A stretch of DNA of 60,080 nucleotides, counting the filler, from Sphacelaria rigidula (lineage: Eukaryota): the NCBI GenBank assembly GCA_964200075.2. It is 7 parts of 7 records of this genome, joined end to end, with 100 filler letters (N's around TTAATTAATTAA, not from the genome) between each part and the next. Parts side by side here need not be neighbours in the genome. Positions count along the whole stretch, not along the records: positions 34,391 to 42,887 come from CAXNAA020010970.1; positions 42,988 to 51,484 come from CAXNAA020010971.1; 5 more parts are not named here. One strand, 5' to 3'. Shown in pieces: positions 35,463 through 47,638 of this stretch. Positions within the stretch are counted from its first letter, which is position 1. Each line of letters begins with the position of its first letter. The notes below the pieces were generated by a model, which saw only the letters and a program-made list of their open reading frames with translations, did not search any database and had not been told where the DNA came from. A program made the translations under genes and the position numbers.

Positions 35463-35989
35463 GAAAGAGAATGAATCGTGTTGTTATCTTTTTGCCTGAA
35501 ATGATTTGACAGCCCTGTGCTAGCGGCCGACCAATCGACGAAACCGTACGGGGGAGCAACGGGAGGGTGAAGATAGGCGCCTGTGTGTTTCTGCATTGCC
35601 TCTAAGGTGTGCGAGGAACATGTCTTTTGAGCCGTCGGTCAAGCGCAACACGGTTGACAAAGTTGTGAAAAAATCGAGAGCCTGTGTTGGAGTCTCTACA
35701 GCCGATGGGTCCATTATATATGCGTTTTTGATAACAACTCGCTACTACAACTGCATGCGCAGCCCTCTCCGCCCCCTTGGCTGTGTAGGAGCGTAAGGGG
35801 TACTGTATGACTTGTTGCTGTCGAGAGTATGTACGAGCTTCCTCGTACAAACAGCAGATTTCATTATTTTCTCAGGATCCCTCGTGAGTCCTTAAGCTTT
35901 ATAGATGCAGCCCTATCCTTGTATATATTGTCTAAACTACTACTTTACCGTACTTGATGGTTGACCGCTACATTTTCCGGCACCTTACG

Positions 35990-37100
35990 AAGCATAGCGA
36001 CGCCTTTTTATGGGAATCAGCTCCCCAAGAGCAACGACGGTAATCCATGAACTCCATATTGGTAAGCAGAAGTCGCTCTACCCAAAGCGCTGATACCACC
36101 GCTTTCAAACACCCATTTCTTCTCTGCTTGAAGACGTGGAAGCTTGATTGCTCGATACATACTGAATTCACAGGACGATACCGCCTCTCTCTACCCGACG
36201 CGGACACTCCCTGCGTAAGGCTGAAAATGTATTGCCTTCATTGCAGCATTGCGTGACCCTGAAAGACAAACACGCTAGGTCTAGATCGTGGACCTGAATC
36301 TCGTATGGCCTATGAGAATCGCCCACTTTTGCCATGTGTAGGCGCTGCCTTGATTTTCGAGTGGAGCACTTCTTGTTCGAGAGAAGCCCGATACTTGCAC
36401 ACTCCACGCAACAAGTACCCTCTTATCGAACGGGAATCGTGCGGCATGTGTGCATGACGGTTATTCGTTGAACACGGTACACATGCCCCTCGAAGTGTCA
36501 CAATTGTAAGCTGCGCCCGTGATTCGTCGACACCCGCTCCGACGGATACACTCGAACCATAGGTTTGGAGCCCAGAACTTGCGAGAAAAATCCTTTTAAC
36601 AGGCAAGGCGCAGGGGGAGGAAATTGACGTTGCGCTGGAATTTCTCAACTTTCCGCCTATCAGCAGTTACTCCAGGGAGTTGCGGAAGGTGAGCTGGATC
36701 CTCAACGTGTCTGAAGTAGTACGTAGGGTGTAGTGGCGGAAGAATTTGTTGGAAAGGGTTTCCTGCCTCCGCTGGACTGTCCTGCTCCGGACTTGGGGCA
36801 TTCTACCAACACGCTGAAAAGCGTAGCCGAGGATTCTGTTTCACAGCAGAGCTGGTAAGCTCCAACGCAATCGCTCTCGTGTAGACGCTAATGCGATACC
36901 TCAGCCCATGCGACACCACCCTCACCTGCGCGGAAATTATCGGTGATGGACCCTCTCTACCAAGCACAACGTTACATACCTTCGCCCGATTCGTGCGTGG
37001 ACAAGAAGCTTGGGCTCGGCTGAGGTTAGGATCTACCTTGCGGTTAGATCGATTTTGATATCCAGCCCGAAATCAACGTGTCGATGCGCGCGACAACCCG
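35990..37100 (-). pseudogene. Degenerate P-element/THAP9-like transposase
   Basis: 'FRHVEDPAHL/FRNSLE' (about 36670-36715) resembles D.PHL.K..RN; 'PFDKRVLVAWSVQVS' (about 36390-36435) resembles KM.V.LA.QV.S; expected order; short GT-AG intron near 36930-36980. Confidence 0.45.
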
Positions 37101-37519
37101 CTTGAGCATTTGTTTCGCCAATGCTCATGCGATTTGGTTTTAAATCCACAGATAATTCCACACGTGTCTTCGAAAACAGAAGTAGGTTCGGACGCGAGTT
37201 TCAGGGCCAACAATGTTGCTTCTCGAGATTCAGACAGGCCACGTATGCAACAGGGTGTCTAATGCGGAGGCACTTCGCTACTGGGTGACATCTGGTCGAC
37301 CACGGTTACATTCGATCACGCAGAATACTCATGTGTTCTTCTACTCGGAATGTCTTCAAATACTTGCCATATTCTGGAGTTCACTGATAGAGCGGGGTAC
37401 TAGAAGGAGAAAAGTAAAGAACGTAACCATTTTGTTCACAAAACGTCGGAAATGGACACTCTGTGATGTTTATATATATACAGTATATATATATATCCGT
37501 CGCACTCCAAACATCTCCT

Positions 37520-37775
37520 CCTTTCTCTAGATGAGTCCGCGGTCTCAAGCGATCAGCCCATCTCTCCCCCGTTACACGCCGTTGCTCCGTCTCGAAAGGG
37601 ATGCGTGGTCAATGGTCAAACGACTGAGGCAAACAACAAATGAGTACGCCCCCCCCCCCGCCCGGCCAGCTTGGTCCGACGAAAACCCGGCGTGCTCCGT
37701 CCCGTCTTTGTAGAGCTACGAGGTCAATGGCCGTATGACTATGGCAGGCAAGATCGTGAATACACCCCCACCCAA
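37520..37775 (+). mobile_element. Stack of SINE-2 fragment, LINE tail A and LINE tail B
   Basis: TGCTCCGTCTCGAAAGGG...GAGTACG-C10, then GAAAACCCGGCGTGCTCCGTC...GAATACACCCCC. Confidence 0.75.
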
Positions 37776-40029
37776 CATTACACGCCCCATATTTTGATAT
37801 CGCGGGTCAGACCGACAGTCCCGCACGTCATAGACTCACGTCAAATGAGGTATCATTGCTGCTCACGATCTCACGTGCTTCCAATGACCGAAGTCAGCTA
37901 CTTTGAAGAAATACTCGAATACCTCTGCCAGGATTCGAACCCAGCCATCTTCCACCCTGCAGCAGCAGGCTTCAGACGCACCCGTCCGACCGCCGGAGTG
38001 CGGTGTCCAGAACGGCACACCAAGCTTCAAGATGGTATGTGCTCTCTCTGACCTCACTGGTCACTCGTCGTTGTGTTTTTGGTTGTGACACCAGACGCTG
38101 GTTTCGCAGTCCCTGCTGGTCCGACACGCCAAGGGAGGCGTGTTCTGCGAGTGGACCAACCGTTTGCCGATCAACCCGAGCGATATTGTACCGTCTCGGG
38201 TATACTGCGACAACGTGATCGTCATCGTGTCCGGATCTGTGACAGCGATTTGTCGGAGGTGAACCTTGAAACACGCCTGTACACACACGAAAGAGGCCGA
38301 GTTCCTGAGATAATCGGAACAACAAGATAGAAAACACCCTCTCCGAAAAGCGATGGTTGCAGCGACTTCGTACCACGTGTAAGTTGATGTAACATGAAAC
38401 TCTACCCGTAACCTCAGGAGTGTGGTGATGTTTATTTATGTATGCATGCATTTATATTTTTTCCTACTTTTGTTGATGGTCGCATTTTAACTGGCCCCCC
38501 AGAGATTGAGCCGACGTCACACGATAGACGTACAGTATCAGAGGCAAGAACAAAACTAAAAGACCCCTTGAAATAAAAAGTGAAGAAGAAACGGGAAAGA
38601 AGGTAGGACAGACAAACAGAGTAGACTACGAAAAGAAACGAAGTAGAAAAAAGACAGCAGAAAGAAGAAGAAGAAGAAGAAGAAGAGATAAAGAGATGGT
38701 CGGCGTTTACCGCATGGCTTTGATGCAAACTGTCTTGGTGTTAAAGTAGTATACTGAGGTCACTTCTTCTCCTCGCGAGATAGAGCGCTCATCGGGTTGA
38801 GGTATACTTGAAAGGGAACAGCTGGCTGTTGGTGTAGGTACCAGTAACGCGCCGGGAGGTACCAGGTACCCATAGCTGTGTACTTGATCGAGCGCGGTGC
38901 TGCTAAATTGTCGCTTCGGAGGGAAAGGAGAGTGAACGCGTAGCATCAGCATGTGCGACTGCGTTTTCACCGTAGGATTCGTCAAGGCTAGGGTGTCATT
39001 TCCTGTAAGGGGTACGTACCCTGCGTCCGTATGTACACCCGGACGCGCATCACATTTGGGGCATTGTTTTTACCTCACATACGCTCGTTCTTATATAGGT
39101 GCGTCGTCACTAGTTGGATGTATTGGGGACGACGAACATTACTACGTGCCCTATCATCCTTGCTCTGAATAACGCATCACCCCGACAGGGATAGCACAGC
39201 GAGGGAGAGAGATGGTGAGGTGGTTGGTCCACTACTACCCCCGGCTAATGTGAGATATTGGGTGTACATATGTCCTGTTTGGTACGCGTTTGACCAGCAA
39301 CACCCCCTTAGGTAGCACTTGCGTCCCCGATAAACTACCATCTGTAGTTGTACCAAGATGTCAGACGTCGAGTATGTTATGCACACACGATAGGTTCTGG
39401 CTGAGTCGGCCAACAAAGTGGTAACATGCGGAGGTGGGCCCTTTCAGTTCGGGATGATGGCAAGCAAAAACTCCGAAACTTGTCATCAGACCCTGGGAAT
39501 GGTTGGGAATCACCTTTCCACCTGTAGAACGGTCAGCCGTTATCCCACCACGTTCTCGACAATTTTAAATCCGTAAGCTTGCTGTAAAATGCTCCTATCG
39601 GGAGCCTGTCTGAAATCTGTACAAAGTCGATGCTACCACTATTTTGGTGGGAACTCTCCCGAAGTGCTCGTGGCATATCTGTGGCGGTGGAACAAGGTAG
39701 AGGAACACCCTGAAATATTTGTGATGCTTCACCTCGAATATTGACGCGGTTTTTAAATCAACGCCGAGGTCGCGAGGAATGTATGCACGACGACGAGTAG
39801 CCGTTAGTGAATGGGGAGACAAAACCTTTCATACCTTGAGAGTGCGACGCATTGTTCCCAATAGAGCAACGAGCAAGAGCTAACCGCTCCTTTACACTTT
39901 CGCTGAAGATAGCTCCATAAGTGTTCATCTACAAGGGGGAATAGAGGGGGGGAGGGTTGTGTAGATACTGTCCCATCGTCTGTAGCAACGCTCCCACCCG
40001 TGTATGATGCATCAAGGGTTTCCTATATA

Positions 40030-40598
40030 CTCCCTCTGTTCCGGAATATAGGTCCGATTTGGACAAAACGCAAAAAAAAAAAAACGTGTCTATTTTTCTT
40101 TGAAGTCGCGAGTTCGATTCCCACCTCGAACAGATTTTTTTTTGCGAGAAAAACACTTTTTTTTCATTTATTTTTCCTTCACGTTGTTCATTCGCTTGAA
40201 CGGTCCCAACTTTTGGCACCCTGTAGTTTTTCCTCCGGTCAAAAGGGAAGATTTGTTTTTCCCTCGAAGTATCCGTCTTCGGGTAGCCACATATGGCCAC
40301 GTTCCACACAAAAAAAGGTCGGAAAAAAACTTGTCCTCGCTCCGTACGGGAGAAAAAACGACACGCTAGTTTTCTTTACTCACCAGATATTTGGAAGATC
40401 CGTCTCGGGGAAAAGAAAGCCATCGAAGGGGATGAAAATTGACCGTCCCCTGTTTTTGGCCACTTCTTCAACTGCACTACCTGTCCGAGCACGATGAAAA
40501 CAAATTGGCGCGAAAGTACCTTTCCGAACGCCCCCAAGTGCGAAACCGGATTTATTAATTGAAATCCGAATCGGACTTATATTCCGGAACAGAGGGAG
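40030..40598. mobile_element. Stowaway-like (Tc1/mariner) MITE, 569 bp
   Basis: TA|CTCCCTCTGTTCCGGAATATAGGTCCGATT...AATCGGACTTATATTCCGGAACAGAGGGAG|TA. Confidence 0.9.
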
Positions 40599-41530
40599 TA
40601 GAAAATAACCTTTGTCAGCGTGATAATTGTTTCTGCAAAATTCTGAACAGTCAACACTCGCAGAACTTGTTCTCCAAGGTAGACACGCATACTAATGGAG
40701 TGTGCCAATGTAGAATGTCACATACACTCAAACACTAATATGGTGTCCCCTCTGTCGCCAACCGGCCATGTCATTGCCGGCGACAGGTCACCGATGATAG
40801 TGGAGACGAGTTTGTGATCATGAACCTTCACGCCGGCGATGTCTTCCCGCCGCAGAGTGGACAAATGCACGGGGGCGGGCATCGAGAGGACGATAGATGT
40901 GATCCGGCAAGTTTTAGAGGAGGGTTTCCGGCAAACGGAGCTCACATTCGTCGAGTAGAAGCAAAAACGTAAGGCGTCGTTTTGCCGATGCAATAGTTCC
41001 TTCACATTTGACTTTGGCGCATCCTTACAAACCCTCGTTTCCCGGCATACTATAGTTCCGAAGATCGAGATATCTCTCAAGATGGGGCTTTCTGTTCGTG
41101 AGGGTCCATGCTGCCATTGTTTCAAGCGCGGGTTTCATGACTCAAGAAGAAATCGAAAATAAATTCACTTGATGCCCGACGAAATCAGACGTGCCAGTTT
41201 GTCCACGAGTAAGCAATTCTCGTGGTTTGTCGTACTCACAGAGGGGAGGAACGGGGCGTACATACAAGTATGATACATATTTATTGTCAACTCAACCGCT
41301 CGGTGCTACGTTGGGTACTTACGCTAAGACCGCCCGAACGCGGTTGTTCTCCGACGTACTCCCCAGCGCACATGGAAACGAACCCCACCGGGTGATGACT
41401 GACGCTGGTCGGTCGATATCTATCTATACCAGCATTCAATTTATGTGATATTCGGGTGAACCGTGGTCATGCTCAAACTTCGTATTAAGTGCCTCGCCCA
41501 CCCCGGTTCCTTCTCCACTTGATCTCAGGA

Positions 41531-41990
41531 AGCAGGCGACCAATGGGTGGACTTTACTTTATGTTCTCTCGTGGCGGAATCTGCGTTTGCAGAGGCTCTG
41601 CAAGTCGACGCGCTGAGCTTCAACGATGTGATCTATCCTGGGGTGGACCTGCGGTACAGCATGGAGGTGCACATACCACGTTACTATCGTAGTGTGAAGA
41701 TTTACGTTCAAGAGTGTGCTGCACAAGATCGAATATGATGTTGGATCCACTCTCTTCCCCTAGCAATCGTTGACAGATGGGTGCCACTGTGTCGCTAAAT
41801 TGATGGTAGATGCTGACTTGTTGTACCTGTGCTTCATTTTAGGTCAGGGGTGCCACACGTAATGCATCTTATGGGACTTGGTATTTCCGGGGCGTGCTTC
41901 GTTGCCGTGACAATGATATGACGACAAAGTTAAGTAAACGTACGGTAGTCTCCCAGAACAGAGGGCGGTAATCTCAACCCGCAAGAACAT
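41531..41990 (+). pseudogene. Intron-containing EnSpm/Plavaka-like transposase remnant
   Basis: Splicing 41531-41652 to 41843 gives EAGDQWVDFTLCSLVAESAFAEALQVDALSFNDVIYPGVDLR-SGVPHVMHLMGLGI; 'VMHLMGLG' resembles the DxMH...LG motif; stops follow. Confidence 0.35.
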
Positions 41991-42088
41991 GGAATAACGC
42001 CGAAAACAAAACCGTGCTGAACGACTCAGGACAGCAAAGCGGTCCTGCATTACCGTGAAGCATCAATCTTGGATATAATGTCCCTGAT

Positions 42089-42706
42089 GGGTGCCCATGC
42101 TGGATATGGATACACAGCATGAACGATATCCATCAGGGATGAGGATGTCTATGATGTATATTTGTGTGGAATATCCACCTGGGATATCCACATCCAGGAT
42201 GGATGGATGTCCATCAAGATCATCCATCATTTGGATGTCAGCTAGGGCCAGTGTGGACCTTAGCCTTGTAGTTACGGTTAGATTTAGGGTTATGGCTGGG
42301 GCTATGATTGGGGTTAGGGTTTGTGTTGGTGTTAGTTGTAGTTTTGTAGTTGAGGCTAGGGTTAGGGTTAGGGTTAGGGATATCCATCATAGGCCTAGAT
42401 ATCCATCGTGGATGTGAATATTCGTCATGGATATTCCGAAAGAATGCTCATATCCATGACAGATATCATGACGAATTTCCATGTCTAGGATGGGTATCCC
42501 CGGTTATTTCTATCTGGATATCCATTGTGGACATGGATGTCCATCCATGATAAACTTCCGAGATGGATGGCCACATCCGTCATGGAAATCCCAGATGGAT
42601 ATGGATATCCATGATCGATATTCCAGATGGATATCTATATCCATGAGGATGATACCCTAGATGGATACCCCAGATGGATATTCATATCCATATAGATAGG
42701 GCAACC
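42089..42706. mobile_element. TIR element rich in GGATAT/ATATCC with internal (GGGTTA)n telomere-like repeats
   Basis: Termini GGGTGCCC..GGATATGGATA / TATCCATATAGATAGGGCAACC; TTAGGG units at about 42280-42380. Confidence 0.65.
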
Positions 42707-42724
42707 TCACCAATGTACAGTACG

Positions 42725-42887
42725 AGGAGATATCCTTGATGCCCACCCCTAGACGCGAAACAGGACGGGGATAAGATTTGTAAAAGGTTTCTGTGTAATC
42801 TATGGAAGAAACGTAATGAGCTGCGGAAGAAACGTAATGGGCGCCAGAATGTTAGAGGTGTCCCTACTAGGAGTAGGAACGGTGCTC
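42725..42887 (+). mobile_element. LINE tail family A fragment (cut by contig end)
   Basis: TATGGAAGAAACGTAATG...GGAGTAGGAACGGTGCTC matches 34810-34880 and 45515-45580. Confidence 0.75.
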
Positions 42888-42987
42888 NNNNNNNNNNNNN
42901 NNNNNNNNNNNNNNNNNNNNNNNNNNNNNNNTTAATTAATTAANNNNNNNNNNNNNNNNNNNNNNNNNNNNNNNNNNNNNNNNNNNN
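42888..42987. other. Artificial contig linker
   Basis: Same N44-TTAATTAATTAA-N44 structure. Confidence 0.98.
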
Positions 42988-43019
42988 GAGTACACCTCCC
43001 CCCCCCCCTCTAGCCACAA

Positions 43020-43500
43020 ATAACAGGACAGATGACAACAGCTAAGAAAATACTTGGATGCTCAACAACGATGGGACATACAGCAGTGAGAGCAGTTTAT
43101 TTTTGTTCTCACACTCTTGACCCCTCGCATTTCTCTGGACGAGCCCGTGGTCGCAAAGGATCAACCCATTCCTCCTCGGAAATGGGAGTGTATCCACTCG
43201 AAACAAATAAGAGACGTGTAGAACTTGAAACGGCAATGAAATGTGAGGAACATGCAAAGAAATATATTGTGGGCCATACTCGACAGGGCTGCATGGAAGC
43301 AAGTATCGAAAGGGCAGGCTGTATCAAGGTGGAATAGCGTAGTCGACAAAATATGGAAGAGTATGGGAGAACTCCAACACGAAACCGGTGATTGTGGGTG
43401 GTACACAGACGGAAGTAAACGAAAAGGCCGAAATATATGGGGAAAACCAGCGCTAAGACGGAGTGTGGACGTGGTACACACCGGAGTACAACGTAATTCG
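43020..43500 (+). mobile_element. LINE ORF2 internal remnant (post-RT region) with an 84-bp SINE-2 insertion
   Basis: QMTTAKKILGCSTTMGHTAVRA[insert 43095-43178]EMGVYPLETN...RWNSVVDKIWK. Confidence 0.65.
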
Positions 43501-43957
43501 ATTCGCCCTACAACTGTACCCTCAACCGAACATAGGTGCGAGATAAGATGCTCTACTCGTCATCGAAGCAAGACGTTCGGCAAGGGCTCGGGCTTGGGTT
43601 CTTCGAAGGGGAGTACTACGCCAACGTTAAGGCTGACCTTACTTTCGAGAGCCTCCTGGCCAGCCGGCAGCGCGGCAGCGGCGATCAGCTCTTGAGCGAG
43701 GCCGAGTGAGCAAAACAATTCTTAGTGTGAACCATGCTCCCATGCAGAAGATACTGAAATGTCACGATGCAGGTGTTGTGTTCGCCACGAACAACCAACC
43801 CGTTAGATGTTGCCCCAGCGGACAGCAGTTTGTCTCGATGGAACCTCACGCGGATTATTACAAAAGGGGGACATGATAGCCCCCTACACCTCGGGGAACC
43901 GCCATAATCTTTCTGTCTCCGCACATTTGTTTCACCTTTTGGGAATTCTTGGGGTAG

Positions 43958-44571
43958 GCTGCTAAAGCGCGAGTTGAACAAGCAAGAGCGAGCGAGCGAC
44001 GCCGGCATGAAGTCGGCGGCCATGGGGGTGATACCGTTTCAGCTCAACGACGATCTGCGAGACCAGCTGCAGGCATTCGGCGCAGACGATGGAGGCATGA
44101 ACTGGATTGAGATGGTACGCGCCGTCTTACATCGACTTGCAGCGTGGTTTTGTCCGGAGGGGCGTCGAGCCTCCTAGTGAGATCATTTCCACTACTCTCC
44201 CACAAAAGTTGCTCAGTTTTTCGCCAGGTACACGGTAGCCCTCTACTGCAGCAGTCATGGGTCTCGAGTTTTTCAGATCTGGACTGTGCCGAAAGCACCA
44301 GTCCGAAATTATTACTATCATTATCATTATTATTCGTCTGGAAATTACTTGATATTGGTGTGATTGGTTCATACCACACGAATCAATCCTTAGACCTTGT
44401 TTTCAGCATTGCAACCCAGGTGCGCACAGCCCAGGCACGTGTATTGGCGCAAAAATTGCGTGGAGACCTCGTTGACCTGCGGTCGACTTTTTTTTCTCTC
44501 TTTCGAGTAACCAGGCCTGAGATTCGCTGATTTGGTGATTCGAACCGGCGATGATTCGTCCGAACCGTGTA

Positions 44572-44668
<97 letters not shown>

Positions 44669-47638
44669 TGTTTGTCGCACTTTGAACCCCTCCCCTTCTT
44701 CGGGATGAGTCCATGGTCTCAAGGGATCAACCCATCTCTCCCCGGTACGAAATAACTTCAGCCATAATCTCTCAGATGCGAGGCGCGGGCCCCTTTTTCG
44801 TTTGAAACCCTTTGTTGACCTTGTGTGCACAGCGCATGGACGGCGAGCAGATAGCGCTCGCGGGTGCGAAAACCGTCGCGGAGGATGACGTCCTGGAGGG
44901 TTTTGTGACTGAGGTACGCTCGCAGACGTCTAGATGGTCAAGACTAAATCGCGCATATATATCATTGACCTGGCGGCAGCGGAGAATGATTCCACGGAAG
45001 TCCATACCTTGATTGTGGACAGGGGGAGAGGGGGGGGGGGATGTTTGGTTACGTGGCGGCTGCGTGCTTCCATCTACCCAAGTGCTGTGGAGCTGTATTT
45101 TTTTGCTCCTACCCATGGTTCCGCGATTTTGACGAGCGTGTATCAGGAATGTTGTGCAGATGGATTGGTCGGATCATTTCCCCCTTCATTTAGCCGAATT
45201 TAGGTGGGGGACCTGAACCTGCCAGAAATAAGAAAGATATTCACCAGTAGCCGTGTGGAGGAGGAAGTAGATGCACAGAACTGCCTCTGTGGCGAAGCAA
45301 TAGATAGCAGAACTCATACAGTTGCAAAATGTGAACGATACAAGGAGGAACGGGACGTCCTAGAGGGGGAAGTGCGGGACGTGAACGAAGGTGGCATGAA
45401 ATCGTTTGATGCATTAGACAGGGAGAAAACGATGTGGTTATATTAGGAGATGGATGGTGGCCACAGACGGCGGCTCAGAACGGGGATAACATATGTAAAA
45501 AAAAAATGTGTAATGTATGGAAGAAACGTAATGAGCGCCTGAATGTTGGAGGTGTCTCCATTAGGAGTAGGAACGGTGCTTCGTCTCGAAAGGGAGTCGT
45601 GGTCGATGGTCAAACGACTAAGGCAAGCAACGAATGAATACCCCCCCCTCCCCCCCCTTCATTCAGTGACAATATGTTGGAGATACACGCGTTTAGACAT
45701 ATGAGTGAAACCGATGTCAGAGACCCCCCTCCTCCCTCGTACGCCGACCTCATCCCTTACAACCTGCTCGTGCCGTGCGGTCACATCATTCACCGCCCTC
45801 TCTCCAGGAAGAGCCGCGGTTTATATTGCTGAGGAGGGAGAATGCGAAATGTGAGTTCATAGCCTAGCGCTATTGTACTTGATGGAGTTTCCAGCGGGGG
45901 AGGCGGGGCGTGCGGGGTGGCCAGGATTGGGGCGGGGGCGGAGGTGGTGGGGAATCAATTCCACGTTCCGTCATCAGGGTGGGAGTTGGAGAGTACGCAA
46001 AAGCGGCGAGGTTACTTCGTACATACTCGTGTTCGGTCTGCGTCTTCTTTGGGTGTCGACTCTGTCCTTTCTGGTTGTAGAGTTGAGACGACCCTGGAAG
46101 GAGGAGGATACATTTGAAGGATTCACGCATTCGCGTCTGACACGAGGGAGCCGTGAGCTGCTCATAATCGAGTGACCTGGTGGACGACCGTGTTGAACTG
46201 GGCGCGTGAACTTCGGTCTGCCATCCACTGCTGCAGTGGGCCGTCCTTGTGGGATGTTCTGTACACGTTTCCTGCTTTGTTTTGACACATTTCCATCTAC
46301 GACCGACGTTCGATTGTCTTGTTTCATTGCACATACAGTCTTGGTGTACAGCTGCCCCGAGACATCGCCAGTGCGTTTGAAGATGACGTATTCGTCCAGC
46401 AAGGCCAGCGTTGTGGGAGCTGCAGCAGCGGCCGGAACCACTGTCGACCACATGGTACTTATAGTAGTCACACTCTACACAATCGTTTTTCGAGTGAAGC
46501 CATTTTTGAGGTTATTCGGTTGTACCACGACCCATCTCGGCTTATGTTTGATCCGAAACTTTGGGAATCGAGAGACATGGGTACCCAACACAAGTTTCAA
46601 TAAAACATATAATCCAGGAGGAAATTTTCAATGAAATGCGGGCCCACTGGTCTTTGGGGGCTCCACGAGTGTACAGCCCCTGGTTTTCGCTATTTGATAT
46701 TCACGTTCGATCGAATCGATCCGGATCATTATCAGGAACAATTATATTCTTTCAGTTTTTCTATTTTCTCGATAATCATTGTGCTACAGCCGAAACATCG
46801 TGATTTTGGACCATATACGATAAACAACACCCCCTCGATGAACGGGTTTTTACTCTGTACTGATCCAACAACAGAAAATTGGTAACTGTGCCTCAAGGAT
46901 GAGCTGCTTCTTTTTCCAACACTTACCGAATCTCAAACTCTCGAGTGGATGTGGCAAATCGAGTCAACGTGATAAATTTGTGAAAAATCCCGACTGAGTG
47001 AGTACCATACATCAAGATTGACTACTGTACGGGACGTGGAGTCATGACGCATGGTTCATTTCAGATGAGAATTTCTTTGAAAAGCAACGGAAAACCCTCA
47101 CAAAAACGGCCCGCTTACGAATGTGCAGTGTACACAAGTGACGCTCAACCAGCAAGGTTTTCATTTATCTGCCTCTTTGTTATCTCTCGCCCCAATAGTA
47201 TCTCGCATGATGGCCCATTCCCCATTTTTTTCGAAAAATTGGTCTCATGTGCAGAGCTCGAGTGGGGTACAACTATGTATGTTTCAAATGAGTGCCACAG
47301 TTGTCACCGTCGAAGACCATTATTTCCCCCCGACTGTTTTTCGAATGTATGTGCACCTCTTGTGCCGGGAAGGTTACTGATGAACGAGGAGTGCAGGTCA
47401 TTCATTTATGCTGCTTTTTGTTTTCGCCGATCGCGCGCAGGTGGAAATTCGCGCCGCCACCGAAATAGATGAGGCCGTGGCCCATGCCTTGCACAGCTCC
47501 GCGGGCCAGGGGGCAGCAGGAGGGGAAGGGGCAAGTGCTGCAGGCGGCGAGAGGTTGGGAATGCTTTCCCCTCCCCCTGCAGTCAAGAAGCCAAGTCGAC
47601 CAGGGCGCGGGCGGGCTAGACTGACCAAGCGATCCTAG
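43958..47638 (+). CDS. TWF1: Twinfilin, last five exons: 43958-44114, 44833-44913, 45808-45850, 46339-46454, 47441-47638
   Basis: GT-AG exons splice in frame: ...KSAAMGVIPFQL...MNWIEM|RMDGEQIAL...VTE|EEPRFILL...KFLVYSCPETSPVRLKMTYSSSKAS...|VEIR...KKPSRPGRGRARLTKRS*. This is the second ADF-H domain plus the twinfilin capping-protein-binding tail; 5' exons lie outside the contig. Confidence 0.92.
44577..44667. repeat. (ATT)n microsatellite, about 30 units, in a twinfilin intron
   Basis: Pure TTA run abutting the 3' end of an antisense SINE-2 fragment. Confidence 0.95.
45200..45658 (+). mobile_element. LINE ORF2 3' end (tail family A) in a twinfilin intron
   Basis: GDLNLPE...EEEVDAQNCLCGEAIDSRTHTVAKCERYKEERDVL (CCHC-like), conserved tail, GAATAC then C tract. 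Confidence 0.8.

Noticed and set aside
37880..38260. hAT transposase fragment with a 60-nt intron
   Set aside because: Only a vague resemblance to the TRWNS..M region; too degenerate to support
39810..39928. Tc1/mariner or KDZ motif 'EHLWSYLQRK' on the minus strand
   Set aside because: Single short motif; an alternative frame is equally open and no supporting upstream motifs were seen
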